Shown: positions 60,914 to 64,000 of the stretch, piece by piece
Numbering within the stretch: the stretch's first letter is position 1
Layout of the letters: every line of letters begins with the position of its first letter
Source of the DNA: Bdellovibrionales bacterium
Lineage (GTDB): Bacteria; Bdellovibrionota; Bdellovibrionia; Bdellovibrionales; UBA1609
DNA: 64,000 bases
Direction of reading: 5' to 3'
NCBI GenBank assembly: GCA_965203785.1
Contig: OZ241911.1
Location: 224,540-288,539 of the forward strand
Notes under the pieces: model-generated
The model's database searches: none
The model's input: the letters and a program-made list of their open reading frames with translations, nothing else
Told to the model about the DNA's origin: nothing
Translations under genes and position numbers: made by a program

Positions 60914-62338
60914 TTAAGCAATGCTATTTTCTAATTTCATCTCAATCAGCTTAACCGCTTCAACAGAAAATTCTAAAGGAAGATGTTTAAACACTCGGTG
61001 GCAAAAACCGTTTACTAATAAAGAGACCGCTGATTCAATGTCTAATCCTCGGGCTTGAAGATAAAATAATTGATCTTTATTAATTCGAGATGTCGTTGCT
61101 TCATGTTCTACAACAGATTGTTTATTTTTAATTTCAATCAATGGGTAAGTGTTAGCATGGCTGTTTTTTCCGGCCAGAAGAGAATCACATTGAGAAAAAT
61201 TTCTAGCCCCTTTTGCAGATGGCAAAATAGAAACCTGCCCTCTATAGCTATTAATTGATTGGTCAGTTGAAATACCCTTAGAAATAATTGTACTTTTTGT
61301 GTTTTTACCAATGTGAATCATTTTAGTCCCCGTGTCGGCTTGCATTTTATCATGAGTGAGTGCCACCGAATAAAAAGCTCCAGAAGAATTTTCCCCTTGG
61401 AGAATGCAACTGGGATATTTCCAAGTAATAGCGGCTCCTGCTTCTACTTGAGTCCATGAAATATGAGATCCCTTTCCTAAACATTTGCCTCGTTTAGTGA
61501 CAAAATTATAAATTCCGCCCTGACCTTTTGAATTACCGGGATACCAGTTTTGAACAGTCGAGTATTTAATTTGGGCATCTTGCAAAGCAATAAGTTCCAC
61601 AACAGCGGCATGGAGTTGATGAGAATCTCTCATAGGAGCCGTGCAACCTTCTAAATAATTCACATAAGAGGATTCTTCAGCTACAATGAGAGTTCGTTCA
61701 AATTGACCACTGTCTTTTTTATTAATTCGAAAATAAGTGGAAAGATCAATCGGACATTTAACCCCCTTTGGGATAAAACAAAAAGAACCATCAGTGAAAA
61801 CAGCTGTATTTAAACAAGCAAAAAAATTATCTCGATAAGGTACGACCGATCCAAAATATTTTTTTACAATTTGAGGATATTTAGTTAAGGCTTCTGAAAA
61901 AGAACAAAAAATAACTCCACTTTTTTGTAAAAGGTCTTGATGAGTAGTACCCAAAGAGACACTGTCAAATACCGCGTCTACGGCTACATTGGATAGACGA
62001 TCTCTCTCGCTGAGTGGAATCCCCAAGCGGTCAAATGTTTTGAGTAATTCAGGGTCTATTTCTTTTGGTTGAGAAGTTTGGGTCTTTGGACGATTAGCTG
62101 GTGCCGAATAATAATGGATATTTTGATAATCCATCGGAGGATAAGAAAGTTGAGCCCATTGGGGTTCTTTTAAAGTTTGCCAATGACGATAGGCCTTTAG
62201 TCTTTCTTCTAACATCCATTTTGGCTCTTTCTTTTTTTTAGAAATTTGCTGAATAATGCCCTCACTTAAACCTTTCGGAAAAGTTTCTGAAGACACTTGG
62301 GTTATAAAACCATATTTATATTTTTTATTTTTTAGCAT
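60914..62338 (-). CDS. sufB: Fe-S cluster assembly scaffold SufB
   Basis: A conserved SufB core runs throughout (YGFITQ...). The start was moved to the ATG at 62338 ([11 protein letters not shown]). The track ORF extends to 62419. Confidence 0.9.
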   Translation of the reverse strand: MLKNKKYKYGFITQVSSETFPKGLSEGIIQQISKKKKEPKWMLEERLKAYRHWQTLKEPQWAQLSYPPMDYQNIHYYSAPANRPKTQTSQPKEIDPELLKTFDRLGIPLSERDRLSNVAVDAVFDSVSLGTTHQDLLQKSGVIFCSFSEALTKYPQIVKKYFGSVVPYRDNFFACLNTAVFTDGSFCFIPKGVKCPIDLSTYFRINKKDSGQFERTLIVAEESSYVNYLEGCTAPMRDSHQLHAAVVELIALQDAQIKYSTVQNWYPGNSKGQGGIYNFVTKRGKCLGKGSHISWTQVEAGAAITWKYPSCILQGENSSGAFYSVALTHDKMQADTGTKMIHIGKNTKSTIISKGISTDQSINSYRGQVSILPSAKGARNFSQCDSLLAGKNSHANTYPLIEIKNKQSVVEHEATTSRINKDQLFYLQARGLDIESAVSLLVNGFCHRVFKHLPLEFSVEAVKLIEMKLENSIA

Positions 62339-62409
62339 TTTTCTGTTTGCATTGTGGCATAAATTAGTTATTTTTTCAATTGAATGGGAAAAAACAAGGA
62401 GAACCCCCC

Positions 62410-63102
62410 ATGGTAGCACCCGGAATTACAGGAATGATGTCACTTGTTTTTTCAGCTGGTATTGTTGTGCAAATGACAATGATTGTCTTAGCTTTTATGT
62501 CTATTTTTTCGTGGGCTATTATTCTCAGTAAGAGGTCTTTGTTTAAACTTGGTGTCGTTAACAATGAGCCTTTTGAGGATATTTTTTTTAAAGCCGAATC
62601 TTTAGATGAAATTTATGATATGTCCAAATCCTATCCTAAAAGCTCTTTGGCGGGCATTTTCCGATCCGGATATTCTGAGCTAAAAAAAATTGTCAATGCT
62701 AAACAGCCTGAAGGAAAAGAAAATTTAAATATGTTGTCGGGCATGGATAACATGCAAAGAGCTTTAGATAAAGCTGTCAGAAATGAAATTTCCAAATTAG
62801 AAACCTACTTATCTTTTTTAGCTACCACAGGTAGTGTCAGTCCTTTTATTGGATTGTTTGGAACAGTATTTGGGATTATGGATTCTTTTCAACGAATTGG
62901 AGCCATTGGTTCAGCTAATTTGGCGGTTGTAGCTCCGGGCATTTCGGAAGCATTGATTGCTACAGGCTTTGGTCTTTTTACAGCCATTCCAGCTATGGTG
63001 TTTTATAATCAATATGTGAGTGAAATAAAAAAAGTGGAGTTGCAATTTGATAATTTTGTAACTGATTTTTTAAATATTTCAAAAAGAAATTTTTTTAAAT
63101 AA
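62410..63102 (+). CDS. tolQ: Tol-Pal / Ton system proton channel TolQ (MotA/TolQ/ExbB family)
   Basis: [13 protein letters not shown] and [15 protein letters not shown]. The ATG at 62410 is preceded by AAGGAGA. Confidence 0.85.
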   Translation: MVAPGITGMMSLVFSAGIVVQMTMIVLAFMSIFSWAIILSKRSLFKLGVVNNEPFEDIFFKAESLDEIYDMSKSYPKSSLAGIFRSGYSELKKIVNAKQPEGKENLNMLSGMDNMQRALDKAVRNEISKLETYLSFLATTGSVSPFIGLFGTVFGIMDSFQRIGAIGSANLAVVAPGISEALIATGFGLFTAIPAMVFYNQYVSEIKKVELQFDNFVTDFLNISKRNFFK

Positions 63103-63121
63103 AAAATAAAGGGCAAAATAA

Positions 63122-63604
63122 ATGGGTGCGGTTTTAGATACAGAGTCTTCTTCAGGTAAAAAAATAAATAAGCAAAGAAAGATGTTAAGTGAAATTAATG
63201 TCACACCATTTGTAGATGTTATGTTAGTTTTACTAATTATTTTTATGGTAACAGCTCCTATGATGCAACAGGGGTTAAATGTGGATTTGCCCGAAACTAT
63301 TTCAGCAGGGGTCTCTGTTTCAAATAATCCTTTTGTATTGGTTATAAAAAAAAATAAAAAAATTTTTATTGATTCTTTTGGTAAAACAAAAAATTCTTCC
63401 CAAAAATTAAAACAAGAAGTTGAAATTTCTCTAAACCATTTAGGAAAAAAAATATCTGCTATTCTCACTGCTCGCAAAGATCAACAGATTTATATTCAAG
63501 CGGATAAAATGGTTTCTTATGGTTTAGTTGCTCAAGTTTTGGCCGAACTCCAATCCGCTGGATTGAATCAAGTGAGCTTAATAACAACTTTTCATAAAAA
63601 GTAA
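63122..63604 (+). CDS. tolR: TolR (ExbD/TolR family)
   Basis: SEINVTPFVDVMLVLLIIFM; 160 aa. Confidence 0.85.
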   Translation: MGAVLDTESSSGKKINKQRKMLSEINVTPFVDVMLVLLIIFMVTAPMMQQGLNVDLPETISAGVSVSNNPFVLVIKKNKKIFIDSFGKTKNSSQKLKQEVEISLNHLGKKISAILTARKDQQIYIQADKMVSYGLVAQVLAELQSAGLNQVSLITTFHKK

Positions 63605-63647
63605 ATGATGGCTATTAAATGCAGTTATTAAAAACAGGATTGAAAAT

Positions 63648-64000
63648 TTGCACTATCGGTTTTTAATTTTTTCTTTATTAATTCATGTGATTTTATTAGC
63701 ATGTGTTGCTGGAGATTTCTCTAAATTTTTTTTTAAAAAACATACGGTGATTAAAAAAGTTATTCGTGTAGATATGGTGGGTTTACCAGAACTTTACTCG
63801 AAAACTTCTTTTAACACTTCGCTTAAAGTTAATAAAAAAAAAATTCCTTCTTTAAAAAAGAGAAGAAAAAAAAACAAAATAAAAAAACAAAATAAAAAAA
63901 AGAAAAACCCACTTTCCTCCTCATTAAACCAAAAAAAACTTAGAGCTCAACAAAAACAAGCGATTGACACATTAAAAGCTTCCGAGAGTATAGAAAAAAT
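63648..64000 (+). CDS. tolA: TolA/TonB-like protein, N-terminal part. The gene runs off the window end.
   Basis: The frame is open from 63609 to 64000. The putative TTG start at 63648 gives MHYRFLIFSLLIHVILLACVAG (TM anchor), then IRVDMVGLPE and a K-rich region. Position after tolQ-tolR supports the call. The start is uncertain. Confidence 0.55.
   Translation, partial: MHYRFLIFSLLIHVILLACVAGDFSKFFFKKHTVIKKVIRVDMVGLPELYSKTSFNTSLKVNKKKIPSLKKRRKKNKIKKQNKKKKNPLSSSLNQKKLRAQQKQAIDTLKASESIEK

Noticed and set aside
62256-62564. Two overlapping small ORFs (91 aa plus strand, 62 aa minus strand) in the sufB-tolQ divergent region
   Set aside because: They cover the 5' ends of sufB and tolQ once those starts are set at the SD-supported ATGs (62338 and 62410). 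Their composition is not protein-like.
63079-63477. 132-aa ORF antisense to tolR
   Set aside because: It is antisense to a clearly conserved ExbD/TolR gene and is F/I-rich low complexity.

Overview
The window is an AT-rich (about 30% GC by eye), very gene-dense chromosomal segment from a diderm (Gram-negative type) bacterium using the standard code. It spans the replication origin. The classical block mnmG-mnmE-jag-yidC-yidD-rnpA-rpmH lies on the minus strand and diverges from dnaA-dnaN-parA-parB on the plus strand. Gene orientation flips around 51.8-53.7 kb, and a cluster of DnaA-box-like 9-mers and a parS site sit next to dnaA and dnaN.

Almost everything else is core housekeeping:
- Cell envelope: PBP1A, MreB, a LolA-like protein, an LpoA-like lipoprotein, TolQRA, YidC, TatAC.
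- DNA and nucleic-acid enzymes: GyrBA, XseAB, RNase G.
- Proteostasis: Lon, GrpE plus a J-protein.
- Translation: L21, L27, L34, Obg, AsnRS.
- Metabolism: a three-part acyl-CoA carboxylase plus BirA, SufBC.
- Energy: F1Fo ATP synthase genes and respiratory complex I genes.

I see no CRISPR array, IS element, transposase, integrase, tRNA or rRNA gene, toxin-antitoxin pair or recognisable defence system, so I cannot support the claim of a novel system in that sense. The findings most worth a second look are:
1. The seven membrane-arm genes of complex I (nuoA-H-J-K-L-M-N) lie directly downstream of atpG-atpD-atpC, with every peripheral-arm gene absent.
2. The atp operon is split into atpF'FHA and atpGDC, a layout that one origin-spanning inversion of about 21.7 kb would explain. 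An orphan lipoprotein gene sits at one breakpoint.
3. The ATP synthase epsilon subunit is truncated.
4. NadD and RsfS are fused into one ORF.
5. The Obg GTPase domain looks degenerate.
6. rnpA is interrupted by a frameshift in an A9 tract.
7. An unannotated 6S RNA candidate is followed by a tetranucleotide microsatellite.
8. A TTGACTAT-type motif recurs in several intergenic regions.

Start codons were refined by eye from overlaps and Shine-Dalgarno-like sequences and may be off by a few codons.
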